A stretch of 64,000 nt of DNA from Candidatus Methylomirabilota bacterium (GCA_035627835.1 DASPKX010000113.1:41358-105357), one strand, 5' to 3'. Shown: positions 54,213-63,679, counted from the first letter of the stretch. A program made the numbers and translations. Notes: a model not told the origin generated them from the sequence alone.

Positions 54213-55079
54213 GTGCGTGTGAGAAGATCGAACCCCATCATCAGCTCAGCTTGGAAGCGGCGGTGCATGCTGCTGCTGGCGTTCTTGTTAGTGGCGGGCG
54301 TGACTGTGTGGGCGCAGCGGTGGCGGCGCGGGCCGCGGGACTTGAGCAATCCCGCCGATCGTCGTGGGGTGCCAATTTGGGAGAAGGACAGGGAGATTCC
54401 CAAGGACGTGTTTACCTTCGTGCGCATTCGTTATTCCTCATTCGGCTGGGGGCGCGGCGGCGGAGATTGGTCAACAGATTACCCGGATGCGGAGCTGAAC
54501 CTGTCGTGGCGCCTACAGCAGATGACTTCATACAAGGTTGATCCGAACGGTAAGGTGATGGAGCTAAACGATCCGGAGCTGTTTGATTATCCATTCATCT
54601 ACATCATTGAGCCGGGGAGGTTGTACTTTGACGAAAGTGAAGTGGTAAATCTGCGAAAGTACCTGCTGAACGGCGGCTTCCTGATGGTGGATGATTTTTG
54701 GGGTGAGGATGAGTGGGATAACTTTTACCAGCAGATGAAGCGGGTGTTCCCCGACCGCGAACCACAGGAGGTGCCGGTGGAGCATCCGATTTTCCAAACG
54801 GTTTTCCCGACGAAAGAAAAGCCGCAGATCCCCAGCATCAACATGGCGCAGGCGGGGCGTTATTCTGGACGGACATGGGAACGGGCGGATGCCCGAGAGC
54901 CGCACTTCAAGGCGTACTACGATGACAAGGGCCGCATCATGGCTTTCGTCTGCCATAACACCGACTTGGGCGATGGTTGGGAGCGCGAGGGTGAGGACCC
55001 CTGGTACTTTAAAGAATTCTCAGAAAAGAAGGCCTACCCGCTTGGGATTAACATCATCGTCTATGCGATGACGCACTGA
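54213..55079 (+). CDS. DUF4159-domain protein
   Basis: 288 aa with an N-terminal TM. 'DWSTDYPDAELNL', 'YPFIYIIEPG' and 'LRKYLLNGGFLMVDDFWG' fit DUF4159. An alternative in-frame GTG lies at 54219. Confidence 0.7.
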   Translation: MRVRRSNPIISSAWKRRCMLLLAFLLVAGVTVWAQRWRRGPRDLSNPADRRGVPIWEKDREIPKDVFTFVRIRYSSFGWGRGGGDWSTDYPDAELNLSWRLQQMTSYKVDPNGKVMELNDPELFDYPFIYIIEPGRLYFDESEVVNLRKYLLNGGFLMVDDFWGEDEWDNFYQQMKRVFPDREPQEVPVEHPIFQTVFPTKEKPQIPSINMAQAGRYSGRTWERADAREPHFKAYYDDKGRIMAFVCHNTDLGDGWEREGEDPWYFKEFSEKKAYPLGINIIVYAMTH

Positions 55080-55238
55080 GCAGGCGCCACCGTGTTGGGG
55101 GGTTGCAGCCTGCGGAACATCTTCACACGGGAGCACGCTCGATCGCTCGCCTGGCCTGCCGAGAAACGCCAGTGTGCTGGCGCGAAACTTTTCCTCGCTG
55201 GGTTGCGTCCTATTGCAAAGCGCTGTTTGATTCAAAGT

Positions 55239-56276
55239 ATGCAATCCGAGTCCGTTCCTCCCCCTGTCGCTCCCCCCATTACAGAAGAAGAATTGGTCCG
55301 GCAGCTCGCGCAGGCTCGAACGCTCATTGATAAGGAGCTGAGCAAAGTCATCGTCGGGCAGAAGGACGTCATCGACCAGATCCTCGTGGCGTTGTTGTCG
55401 GGGGGGCATTGCTTGATCACGGGAGCGCCGGGGCTCGCGAAGACGTTGCTCGTGAAAACCGTCGCGCGGGTTTTTCATTTGGATTTCCAGCGCGTTCAGT
55501 TCACGCCGGACCTCATGCCTGCGGATATCACCGGGACGGAGTTGCTGACGGAGACTGAGCATGGGCGGAGGCTGACGTTCGTGAAAGGGCCGGTGTTTGC
55601 GAACATCGTGCTCGCGGATGAGATCAATCGCACACCGCCCAAGACGCAGTCGGCGTTGCTGGAGGCGATGCAGGAGCATCAGGTGACAGCAGCGGGATCG
55701 CGGTATGCCTTGCCGCAGCCATTCTTCGTTCTGGCAACGCAGAATCCGATTGAGATGGAGGGGACTTACCCGCTGCCTGAAGCGCAGTTGGACCGGTTCA
55801 TGTTCAACGTGTTTGTCGATTACCTGCCAATGGAGGAGGAGATCGCGGTGGTGATGCAGACTTCATCGACCCAAACCTCGGAGCCGCAGGCGATCTTCAC
55901 CGCGGAGACTGTGTTGAATTTCCACAAGCTGATTCGCCAGGTTCCCATTGGGCAGGATGTGGTGCGTTACGCGGTGCAGTTGGTGTCCGCGACGAGGCCA
56001 AAGCAGCCGGGAGCGCCGGAGTTCGTGAACAACCTTGTGAACTGGGGCGCGGGCATTCGCGCGAGCCAATTCCTGGTGATTGCCGCGAAGACTAAGGCGC
56101 TGCTCGAAGGGCGCGCGCATGTGACCTTTGATGATGTGAAGTCCTTCGCCCTGCCGATTCTTCGTCACCGCGTGCTGCTGAATTATCGCGCGGAAGCGGA
56201 AGGCGTGACCGTGAACAACCTCGTGGATCGCATTTTGGAAACGGTGAAGCCGGTGGTTTCCGCCCCGAGGAAGTAA
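55239..56276 (+). CDS. MoxR-family AAA+ ATPase
   Basis: Start set at the ATG at 55239. Walker A 'GAPGLAKT', Walker B 'LADEINR', 'LLEAMQEHQVT', 'VLATQNPIE'. Confidence 0.92.
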   Translation: MQSESVPPPVAPPITEEELVRQLAQARTLIDKELSKVIVGQKDVIDQILVALLSGGHCLITGAPGLAKTLLVKTVARVFHLDFQRVQFTPDLMPADITGTELLTETEHGRRLTFVKGPVFANIVLADEINRTPPKTQSALLEAMQEHQVTAAGSRYALPQPFFVLATQNPIEMEGTYPLPEAQLDRFMFNVFVDYLPMEEEIAVVMQTSSTQTSEPQAIFTAETVLNFHKLIRQVPIGQDVVRYAVQLVSATRPKQPGAPEFVNNLVNWGAGIRASQFLVIAAKTKALLEGRAHVTFDDVKSFALPILRHRVLLNYRAEAEGVTVNNLVDRILETVKPVVSAPRK

Positions 56277-56277
56277 C

Positions 56278-57210
56278 GTGGGGAACCCTTCGACCCAGGC
56301 GGCCTTGCCGCACGCTGATCCAGCAGCCTTGCTCGCGATCAAGAACCTCGAGCTGCGGGCGAAGATCGTAGTTCAAGGTTTGTGGAATGGGCTTCATCGG
56401 AGCCCGTACTTTGGCTCGTCAGTCGAGTTTGCGGAGTATCGGCATTACTCGCACGGGGATGATCTTCGTTACATGGATTGGAAGCTCTACGGCCGGAGCG
56501 ACCGCTACTACATCAAGAAATTTCGGGACGAGACGAACCTGCGCTGTTTTCTGCTGACGGACTTGAGCCGCTCGATGACGTATGGCTCGCGCGGGTATTC
56601 CAAAAGTGAATACGCGCGGACACTCGCCGCCACGCTCGCTTACTTTCTCCATCTGCAAGGGGACGCGGTGGGGCTGATGACCTTTGATGATGAGGTGCGC
56701 GACTATTTTCCGGCCAAGAATCAGAAGAGTCATTTGCGGCAGTTGATACTCGCGCTGGAGCGTCCGAGCCAGGCGCGCAGCACGAACATTCAGGAACCGT
56801 TGCAACGCGCGCTGGACCTGGTGCGCCGGCGGAGTCTGTTCGTGCTGGTTTCAGATTTCATGGCGCCGCTGAAGGTGCTGCAGGAGAAGCTCCCTTTGCT
56901 GATGGCGCACGGCCATGAGGGTGTTCTCTTCCAAGTGCTCGACCCAGCGGAGCAGCAGTTTGATCTCGGGCAAGCGGCTCTATTTGAGGACTTGGAGAGC
57001 GGCAAGCAGCTCTTCATCAACCCCGTCCAGGCAAAGGAGCGTTACCAGGAAAGAATGGCGGAGCACAATCGGCAGTTGATGTCGTTGTGCGATGCGTGCG
57101 GTGTGCCTTTCATCACAGCGCCGACGCATGAACCGGTGGAGAAACCGTTGCTCGATTTTCTGCGCCGCCGCATGCAGGAGCGGAACTCCGGGCGAACGAA
57201 GCAGAGGTGA
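56278..57210 (+). CDS. DUF58-domain protein (MoxR-partner, vWA-like fold)
   Basis: 310 aa, GTG start 1 nt after the moxR stop. 'GSSVEFAEYRHYSHGDDLRYMDWKLYGRSDRYYIKKF' is the DUF58 signature. Confidence 0.88.
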   Translation: MGNPSTQAALPHADPAALLAIKNLELRAKIVVQGLWNGLHRSPYFGSSVEFAEYRHYSHGDDLRYMDWKLYGRSDRYYIKKFRDETNLRCFLLTDLSRSMTYGSRGYSKSEYARTLAATLAYFLHLQGDAVGLMTFDDEVRDYFPAKNQKSHLRQLILALERPSQARSTNIQEPLQRALDLVRRRSLFVLVSDFMAPLKVLQEKLPLLMAHGHEGVLFQVLDPAEQQFDLGQAALFEDLESGKQLFINPVQAKERYQERMAEHNRQLMSLCDACGVPFITAPTHEPVEKPLLDFLRRRMQERNSGRTKQR

Positions 57211-57266
57211 GGAAGAGCATCCGCAGATTGGCGCAGAGTTTCTGAAAAGAAGGCGGGGAGGGCTTA

Positions 57267-59048
57267 CTAAGCTTGGGTGGATAGCATCCTGGCGTAGTAG
57301 CTGTCGCGCCGGGCGAGAGTTTCTGGAGAGCCTTCGTCGATGATTCGACCCCCTTCGAGGACAATAATCCTATCCACATTGCGGATGGTGCTCAGACGAT
57401 GGGCAACGATGAAAGTGGTTCTCCCACGCATGAGAGCTTCGAGGCTATTCACCACGGCTTGCTCGCTCTCGGCATCGAGCGCGCTGGTTGGTTCATCCAG
57501 GAGAAGGATCGGAGCGTCACGCAAGAAAGCGCGGGCGAGGTTCAAGCGCTGGCGCTCACCAACGCTGAGGCGTGCGGCGCCTTCGCCCACGATGGTGTTG
57601 AACTGCTTTGGAAGGTTCTCGATGAACTCCAACGCGCTCGCCTGGCGCGCCGCTTCCCGTATCTGCCCGCTTGTCGCGCCGGGACGGCCATAGGCAATAT
57701 TCTCGGCGACGCTGGAAGCGAGCAGCAGCGGCTCTTGCAAGACCAGCGACATGTTTGAACGCAGGCCCTGAACATCGAGTTCGCGCGCGTTGCGGCCTTC
57801 GATCAGCAAGGCTCCAGCATCCGGATCGTAGAAGCGCAAGATGAGGTTTAGGAGAGTCGTCTTACCCGAGCCGCTCGGGCCGATGATGGCGACCGATTCA
57901 CCCGCGCGAACTTTGAGATTAATGTTCTGGAGAACAGGCGAGCCCGCGCGATAACTGAATTGCAGGCCGCGCATCTCGACTTCTCCACGGACTCGCAGCC
58001 CCTCGCCTGTGGAGTGCGGCTGGGCTACAGCCGCTGCTCCGACACTGTTGGCCACTTCGGGCGCGGCATCCAGAATCTCGAGCACACGGCCCGCGCCCGC
58101 GCTCGCGTCCGACACTGTGGCGCCCACTTTGGACAATTGGTTGAGTGGATCGTAGATCTGCGCGAGGTAACTGAGGAAGATCAGCAACTGGCCCACCGTC
58201 AGCTCGCCAAGCTGAGCCTGCTTTGCGCCAGACCAGGCGATGGCCGCGCTCCCAAAGCCGAACACCAGCGCGATGACAAGCCAGTAGAGCAGCTCCCAGC
58301 CATGTTGAGCTGCTTTCGTTTGGACGGCCTGGCTGCTTTGGGAACGGAAGCGGGTTTGCTCATGCTCTTCGCGGGTGTTCGCAAGGATCAGCGGGAGAGC
58401 AGTAATGTTCTGCTGGAAAATCGACGTGACGGCGCTGTCAGCTTGATGAGCCGCAAGGCTGCGCTTCTGCATCTCGCGCCCGAAAAAAAGCATGGCCAGC
58501 AGCATCGGCGGAAACACTGCGAACGTGACGACCGTCAACCAGGCGTTGAGCTGCCACATCACGACGACCATCATTGCGAGGGAGAGCAAAGCGGTCAGAA
58601 GGTTGAAGAACCCTTGTTGAAACAGCGTTTGGAACGCGTAAGTGTCCCACGACGCCCGGTAGATTAGATCGCCTGTGTCATGGCTTTGGTAGAATCGCAT
58701 GGAGAGGCGCTGCATGCGGCGGAAAAGCTCATTCCTGACGCGGAATAAACCGAGGAGACCCGCTTTGATGGAGACGAAGTTGGCCCATGCCGAAAATCCC
58801 CCCTGCGCCGCGTGCAAGAAAACAATCGAGGCGCATAGCCAGAGAAGGCGGTGTGTGTTGTCGGGGCCGAGCAAGGACGCCAACCAATCGGGAAGCGGTT
58901 TGCCCTGCAGGAGCGAATCGACAATGAGCGCCAGCGGCCAGGGCTTCAGCACGCCCGCGCCGATGCTCAGAATGAGCAGGGCCAGAGCGAAGAGTGTTCG
59001 CTTTAGCTCCGGCCGGAAAAAGCGCAAAGCGCGAGCCCAGGTTCTCAC
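57267..59048 (-). CDS. ABC exporter, fused permease/ATPase
   Basis: 593 aa. Walker A 'GPSGSGKTT', signature 'LSVGERQR', Walker B 'ILLLDEPTS'. Confidence 0.9.
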   Translation of the reverse strand: MRTWARALRFFRPELKRTLFALALLILSIGAGVLKPWPLALIVDSLLQGKPLPDWLASLLGPDNTHRLLWLCASIVFLHAAQGGFSAWANFVSIKAGLLGLFRVRNELFRRMQRLSMRFYQSHDTGDLIYRASWDTYAFQTLFQQGFFNLLTALLSLAMMVVVMWQLNAWLTVVTFAVFPPMLLAMLFFGREMQKRSLAAHQADSAVTSIFQQNITALPLILANTREEHEQTRFRSQSSQAVQTKAAQHGWELLYWLVIALVFGFGSAAIAWSGAKQAQLGELTVGQLLIFLSYLAQIYDPLNQLSKVGATVSDASAGAGRVLEILDAAPEVANSVGAAAVAQPHSTGEGLRVRGEVEMRGLQFSYRAGSPVLQNINLKVRAGESVAIIGPSGSGKTTLLNLILRFYDPDAGALLIEGRNARELDVQGLRSNMSLVLQEPLLLASSVAENIAYGRPGATSGQIREAARQASALEFIENLPKQFNTIVGEGAARLSVGERQRLNLARAFLRDAPILLLDEPTSALDAESEQAVVNSLEALMRGRTTFIVAHRLSTIRNVDRIIVLEGGRIIDEGSPETLARRDSYYARMLSTQA

Positions 59049-59096
59049 TTGAGGAGGGGGAAGGTAGCCGAAGCGTGAGCCTTATCCGACGAAATT

Positions 59097-59897
59097 CTAC
59101 TTCTGCGGGTCGTCGAACTCGACTTCGAATTGCAGCACGGAGCTGCTGTCGGTCTTAACATTGCGCATCTCGATCTCGCGGAGTTGAACGCGGCCATCCA
59201 CTCGTTTGACTTTGCGCACGGAGAATTCCTTCAAACGCTGGTTGTTGGAATCAAAGGCCTCCGCGCGAACGAGGCCGCCGGACTCGTAATCGATCCAGCA
59301 GAGCACACGCGAGTACGCGCCGGGAGTTGGCTTCGGATTCAAGCACTCCACCACCCGGCAGCTTCTACCTTTGCGCATCTCTGTTTTCACGATCCGGACC
59401 GCAGGCCAGTGGTAGAAGTCGAGGCCAAGGTCCGCCAGCCAGTAGTCCGTGCCCGCGAAAGGGCTGAAGAGCTTTTCACGCGCAAGCGGACTTGGCTTCG
59501 GGAACTCACCCGTTTGGAGGTTCGCCACCGCCAGCGCGTAACGATTTGTTTTACCCGCCTCATGGGTGACGATGAAGCGTTGCGCAGGATGACCAACGAC
59601 TTGCTTCGTTTCGAAAACGTCGTGCCATAGTGTGTCTGTCTCGCGCTGCGTGAGCCAACGCACCGGGATTTCCGTTCGTTTGTCGTCCGCATCGCGAATG
59701 ACGAATGTGCCGTAAAGGGAAGAATTGGCGGAGGGTGGCGCTCCGATGAGCGATTCCATCAGGCGCTGGCCTTCACCGGCATCGTCCTGGATAGTGGTTC
59801 GGCCTTCAAAAACGCGGGGGGCGGCCGGAGCTTTCGACTGCTGGGCGGCAACCAACGAAATGCCCGCGGCCAGTATGATGGCTACAAATGCTTTCAT
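59097..59897 (-). CDS. outer-membrane lipoprotein-sorting (LolA_like) family protein
   Basis: Start set at the ATG at 59897 (MKAFVAIILAAGISLVAA signal peptide), forming an ATGA overlap with the lon stop. 'FAGTDYWLADLGLDF' resembles the LolA_like 'GSDFSYEDL' region. Confidence 0.6.
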   Translation of the reverse strand: MKAFVAIILAAGISLVAAQQSKAPAAPRVFEGRTTIQDDAGEGQRLMESLIGAPPSANSSLYGTFVIRDADDKRTEIPVRWLTQRETDTLWHDVFETKQVVGHPAQRFIVTHEAGKTNRYALAVANLQTGEFPKPSPLAREKLFSPFAGTDYWLADLGLDFYHWPAVRIVKTEMRKGRSCRVVECLNPKPTPGAYSRVLCWIDYESGGLVRAEAFDSNNQRLKEFSVRKVKRVDGRVQLREIEMRNVKTDSSSVLQFEVEFDDPQK

Positions 59898-62299
59898 GGC
59901 TTCGACTCCGGGCTGAGCGCAAGCGGCAGCAACTCGGAGATATGCTTGATGAAATGCACGGTCATTTTGTCGCGGACCTCGACGGGCACCTCGTTCCAAT
60001 CCTTGCGATTTTGCTCCGGCAGAAGAACCGTCTTGATGCGGTTCCGCGCCGCAGCCAGGACTTTCTCCTTAATCCCGCCGACGGGCAGCACTCGCCCGCG
60101 CAGGCTGATTTCACCAGTCATCGCGAGCGCTGACCGGACGGGGCGGCGGGTGAACAATGACGTAAGCGCCGCCACAATCGTCACACCGGCGCTCGGGCCA
60201 TCCTTCGGTGTGGCGCCCGCAGGCACATGGACATGGATGTCAAACTTGTCGAAGTCATTAAGGTCCAGCTTAAGCTTGGCGCTTTGGCTGCGGAGATAAC
60301 TCAGCGCCGCTTGCGCGCTTTCCTTCATGACATCACCAAGTGAGCCGGTGAGGATCAGCTTCCCTTTGCCAGGCATGCGGGTCGCCTCGATAAACAGGAT
60401 GTCTCCTCCGATGGGCGTCCAGGCCAGCCCGATCGCGATGCCGGACTCCTCGATCTTCTCCGCGTCATCGTGTTGGAACTTGGGGGCGCCTAAATATTCG
60501 TTCACCAGCTCCGGTGTAACGACGATCGGCTCCGCGAACTCCTTCGAACTCACGATTTTCCGCGCGGCCTTGCGAATGACGCTGGCGATTTCCCGCTCGA
60601 GCTGGCGGACACCCGCTTCCTGCGTGTAATCGGAAATCAGTTGGCGCAGAGCTTTTTCCTGGAACTTGACGGCCTTGCGCTTAACCCCGTGCTCCTTCAG
60701 CTGCCGGGGAACCAAATGGCGCCTGGCGATCTCAAATTTCTCCGCGGCGGTGTAGCTGGGCAGCTCGATGATTTCCAAACGATCGCGGAGCGCGGCATGG
60801 ATTGGCTCAAGCCAGTTGGCGGTGGTGATGAAGAGCACTCGCGAAAGGTCAAAGGGGATTTCGAGATAGTTATCAGTGAAGGTGGAGTTCTGCGCGGGAT
60901 CCAAAACCTCTAAAAGTGCGGAGGATGGATCACCGCGGAAATCGGAGCCGACCTTGTCCACTTCGTCGAGGAGGATGACTGGGTTGTTGCTCTCCACCCG
61001 TCGCAAGCTCTGAATGATACGGCCGGGCAAAGCGCTCACATACGTTCGACGGTGTCCGCGAATTTCCGCTTCATCGCGCATGCCGCCCAAAGCGATTCGC
61101 ACAAACTTTCGCCCGAGGGCGTCAGCAACGCTTTTGCCGAGGGAGGTCTTTCCCACACCTGGGGGACCAACCAAACACAGCAGGGGCCCCTTGAGGGTTT
61201 GTTTGAGCTTAATAACCGCGAGGAACTCGAGCAGGCGGTCCTTAACCTTCGTTAGCCCGTAGTGCTGCTCGTCAAGAATTCGAGCCGCTTCGTCCAAGTC
61301 AATTTTATCCTCCGTGGACTTGCTCCAAGGGAGGCTCACGAGCCAGTCGAGGTAATTGCGCGAGACTGTGTATTCGGCTGCGGCCTGAGGAATTTGCTGC
61401 AGGCGCTCAAGCTCCTTGTTCGCGACGCGCTTGGCTTCCTCCGGCAGACCGTTCGCCTCAATTTGCTGAGCGAGGGCGGCGATGTCGCCCATGCCCGGGT
61501 CGCCTTCACCAAGCTCGCGCTGGATGGCGCGAATCTGCTCACGCAGAAAGAAATCGCGCTGGCTCTTGGACATGGAGGTGGCGACCTCCTTCTGGATTTT
61601 CGAGCCGAGTGTGAGCACTTCCAGCTCACGGTTCATCAACGGGAGCAAGCGCGTGAGGCGCTCTTTGACATTCGTGATTTCCAGCAGGTTCTGCCGCTCC
61701 TCCAGGCTTAGATTCAGATTAGCCGCGATAAGGTCGCTCAACTTCCCGGCCTGGTCTGTGTTCAGCAGCGTGATCTTCACCTGCTCCGCGAGCGCGGGGG
61801 AGAGATTGACGATCTCCTGGAATTGGGTCTGCGCATTTCGCGCCAGAGCTGTGAGTTCCAGGCCCTCCTCCGTTTCCTCCTGGAGATGCTCCACCTTCGC
61901 GAGCAAGTACGGCTCTTTGCGAACGAAGCTTTGAATGCGAAAGCGCCGCGTTCCTTCGATCAACACGCGCATGGTGTTGTCGGGAAACTTGAGCATCTTC
62001 AACACCCGCCCAAGGCAGCCATGCTCATAAAGGTCATCCGGGCCGGGATCTTCGACGTCCGGCTTGCGTTGAAGCACGAGGCCGATGAAGCGATCGCCCG
62101 CCACCACGTCGTCCACCAGGCGAGTGCTCTGGGCCGACTCGACCAACAGCGGAGCGACCATGCCGGGGAAGACGACAATGTCCGAGAGACCCAGAATGGG
62201 CAGGCTCTCCGGAAGCGCTTTTGCGCCCTGGCGTGTGGACGGGGTCTCCGCTCCCGGTGTTCCGAGAATGGAGATAAACTCCGTGTCAGGTGAATTCAT
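59894..62299 (-). CDS. lon: ATP-dependent endopeptidase La (Lon protease)
   Basis: 801 aa. LON N-domain, Walker A 'GPPGVGKTS', 'ILLDEVDK', protease motif 'PKDGPSAGV' (catalytic Ser) and a downstream Lys. Confidence 0.96.
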   Translation of the reverse strand: MNSPDTEFISILGTPGAETPSTRQGAKALPESLPILGLSDIVVFPGMVAPLLVESAQSTRLVDDVVAGDRFIGLVLQRKPDVEDPGPDDLYEHGCLGRVLKMLKFPDNTMRVLIEGTRRFRIQSFVRKEPYLLAKVEHLQEETEEGLELTALARNAQTQFQEIVNLSPALAEQVKITLLNTDQAGKLSDLIAANLNLSLEERQNLLEITNVKERLTRLLPLMNRELEVLTLGSKIQKEVATSMSKSQRDFFLREQIRAIQRELGEGDPGMGDIAALAQQIEANGLPEEAKRVANKELERLQQIPQAAAEYTVSRNYLDWLVSLPWSKSTEDKIDLDEAARILDEQHYGLTKVKDRLLEFLAVIKLKQTLKGPLLCLVGPPGVGKTSLGKSVADALGRKFVRIALGGMRDEAEIRGHRRTYVSALPGRIIQSLRRVESNNPVILLDEVDKVGSDFRGDPSSALLEVLDPAQNSTFTDNYLEIPFDLSRVLFITTANWLEPIHAALRDRLEIIELPSYTAAEKFEIARRHLVPRQLKEHGVKRKAVKFQEKALRQLISDYTQEAGVRQLEREIASVIRKAARKIVSSKEFAEPIVVTPELVNEYLGAPKFQHDDAEKIEESGIAIGLAWTPIGGDILFIEATRMPGKGKLILTGSLGDVMKESAQAALSYLRSQSAKLKLDLNDFDKFDIHVHVPAGATPKDGPSAGVTIVAALTSLFTRRPVRSALAMTGEISLRGRVLPVGGIKEKVLAAARNRIKTVLLPEQNRKDWNEVPVEVRDKMTVHFIKHISELLPLALSPESKP

Positions 62300-62341
62300 T
62301 TATTGTTAGACGCCCCTCCCCCCCTTGAGAGTTCAGGGAAA

Positions 62342-62734
62342 TTAAAGAGAAGACGGAACAGGCGCCCCATCGATGGCGGGGCTGCGAGGAACATCAATCC
62401 GAAGGAACCCATTCTGATAGGAGGCCGTCGCCGATTTCATATCGTACCCTGGCGGAAGCTCGATTGAGCTTTCGAATGCCCCGTAATTGATTTCCATGAC
62501 GAGGAACTTGCAGTTCGGTCCCCGGCAACCGTCCGGCCGGGTTCCGCTGATCTTTACCCTGTTGCCTTCGACAACGAGTTGCAGGTCCTCCCTGCGCATG
62601 CCGGCCAATTCGATCTTAATAACCAGGCCGCTGTCAGTGACATAAACGTCGGTGTTCGGCGTCCAAAAGGTGTCATTGGCGCCACGCGCGGGGTCAATTT
62701 TTACGAAATGCGTGGTGGAACTGGTTTTGGACAT
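62342..62734 (-). CDS. Hsp20/alpha-crystallin family small heat-shock protein
   Basis: 130 aa. 'DVYVTDSGLVIKIELAGM' and 'YQNGFLRIDVPR' are ACD hallmarks. Confidence 0.88.
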   Translation of the reverse strand: MSKTSSTTHFVKIDPARGANDTFWTPNTDVYVTDSGLVIKIELAGMRREDLQLVVEGNRVKISGTRPDGCRGPNCKFLVMEINYGAFESSIELPPGYDMKSATASYQNGFLRIDVPRSPAIDGAPVPSSL

Positions 62735-62788
62735 GGCGAAAATCGATTAACTATGAGGGAAAGGCATCGGTTCAAGCAAGAGAACCTT

Positions 62789-62986
62789 TCAGCCAGGCTT
62801 CACGATGATTTGGGCGCGCTCGCCGCGGCGAGCCTTGAACACCACCGTGCCAGTCGGCGGAGTGGATTTGGAGTCACAGCAGCCTGAGTTGCAGCTGCGG
62901 TTCTTCCGACGATGGAATCGTTGCCAGGCAAAAATGAGGGCAGTTCCCGCGACTATGCTTAACGCCACTGGTTGCTGCCAATCCAT
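62789..62986 (-). CDS. small Cys-rich membrane protein (FeoB-associated Cys-rich-like?)
   Basis: MDWQQPVALSIVAGTALIFAWQRFHRRKNRSCNSGCCDS... has the TM + basic + Cys-cluster layout. The longer ORF starts at 63022. Confidence 0.4.
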   Translation of the reverse strand: MDWQQPVALSIVAGTALIFAWQRFHRRKNRSCNSGCCDSKSTPPTGTVVFKARRGERAQIIVKPG

Positions 62987-63057
62987 TGCACCTATGATAA
63001 CGTGCCGTCGGATGGGCTGCAACAGGGCTCGCGGAGCCTGCCCTGCATTAGTTCGGA

Positions 63058-63237
63058 CTATTTGTTGAAGACTTTCTTGATGTCGCCCACTTTCCGTTGG
63101 GCTTTGCCTTCAACTTGCTGGGCTGCGCCTTCGCCTGCCATATCGGCATCGTTCATGGCGCGTCCGGCTTCCTCCTTGATCTTCCCGCCGGCCTGCCGGA
63201 GGCCGCCCTCGACTTTATCTCGTGCACTGCTCTTCAT
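63058..63237 (-). CDS. CsbD-family general stress protein (59 aa, below the ORF-track cut-off)
   Basis: Manual translation gives MKSSARDKVEGGLRQAGGKIKEEAGRAMNDADMAGEGAAQQVEGKAQRKVGDIKKVFNK. The 'KG..k...Gk.ke..G' repeats are typical of CsbD. GGGGGA lies about 8 nt upstream of the ATG. Confidence 0.8.
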   Translation of the reverse strand: MKSSARDKVEGGLRQAGGKIKEEAGRAMNDADMAGEGAAQQVEGKAQRKVGDIKKVFNK

Positions 63238-63315
63238 GTGTCATTCCCCCTTTCTCAGTTAAGCTACGCGCGAGCAGCGGTGGCGCAATGGGATCACGCC
63301 GTTGTAACTCCCTGA

Positions 63316-63627
63316 TTATCGTGGCGGGGATTTCTTAGGAGCTGCCGAGGCCGCTTCCTCCTTGGGGCCGAAGCGAACGCTGATGGCCTGCTGTTTGCCT
63401 TCAGCGGTCTTGATCATGAGGCCAGCGACGGGATCCCCGGGACGACCATCTGCAAGCTTCACGGTTTTGCCATCTCGCGTGAACTTCGTCGCGCCGGTGA
63501 CCAGGATCACGCGGGGCTGCTTTTTGCCTTCCAGCGTGATCGTCATCTTCTGCGGATCCACAGACGCAAGTTTGCCGTGATATGGGAATGGCTTGGCTGG
63601 AGCGCTCTCTGCGCCCGATGCGGCCAT
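63316..63627 (-). CDS. hypothetical protein (possibly secreted; see frameshift note in findings)
   Basis: 103-aa ORF with no recognised motif. A signal-peptide-like ORF lies upstream in a different frame. Confidence 0.45.
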   Translation of the reverse strand: MAASGAESAPAKPFPYHGKLASVDPQKMTITLEGKKQPRVILVTGATKFTRDGKTVKLADGRPGDPVAGLMIKTAEGKQQAISVRFGPKEEAASAAPKKSPPR

Positions 63628-63679
63628 CGAAAATAAACCGCAAAGCCGACTGCGGTGAGGAACCCCGGAAGTCGCATTG

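Noticed and set aside
62751-62777. Sigma-32-like promoter (CTTGAA ... CCCTCATA) upstream of hsp20.
   Set aside because: The spacer between the elements is only about 11-13 nt. The implied 5' UTR would be about 10 nt with no RBS. The heat-shock promoter consensus for this phylum is unknown, so the evidence is too weak to call.
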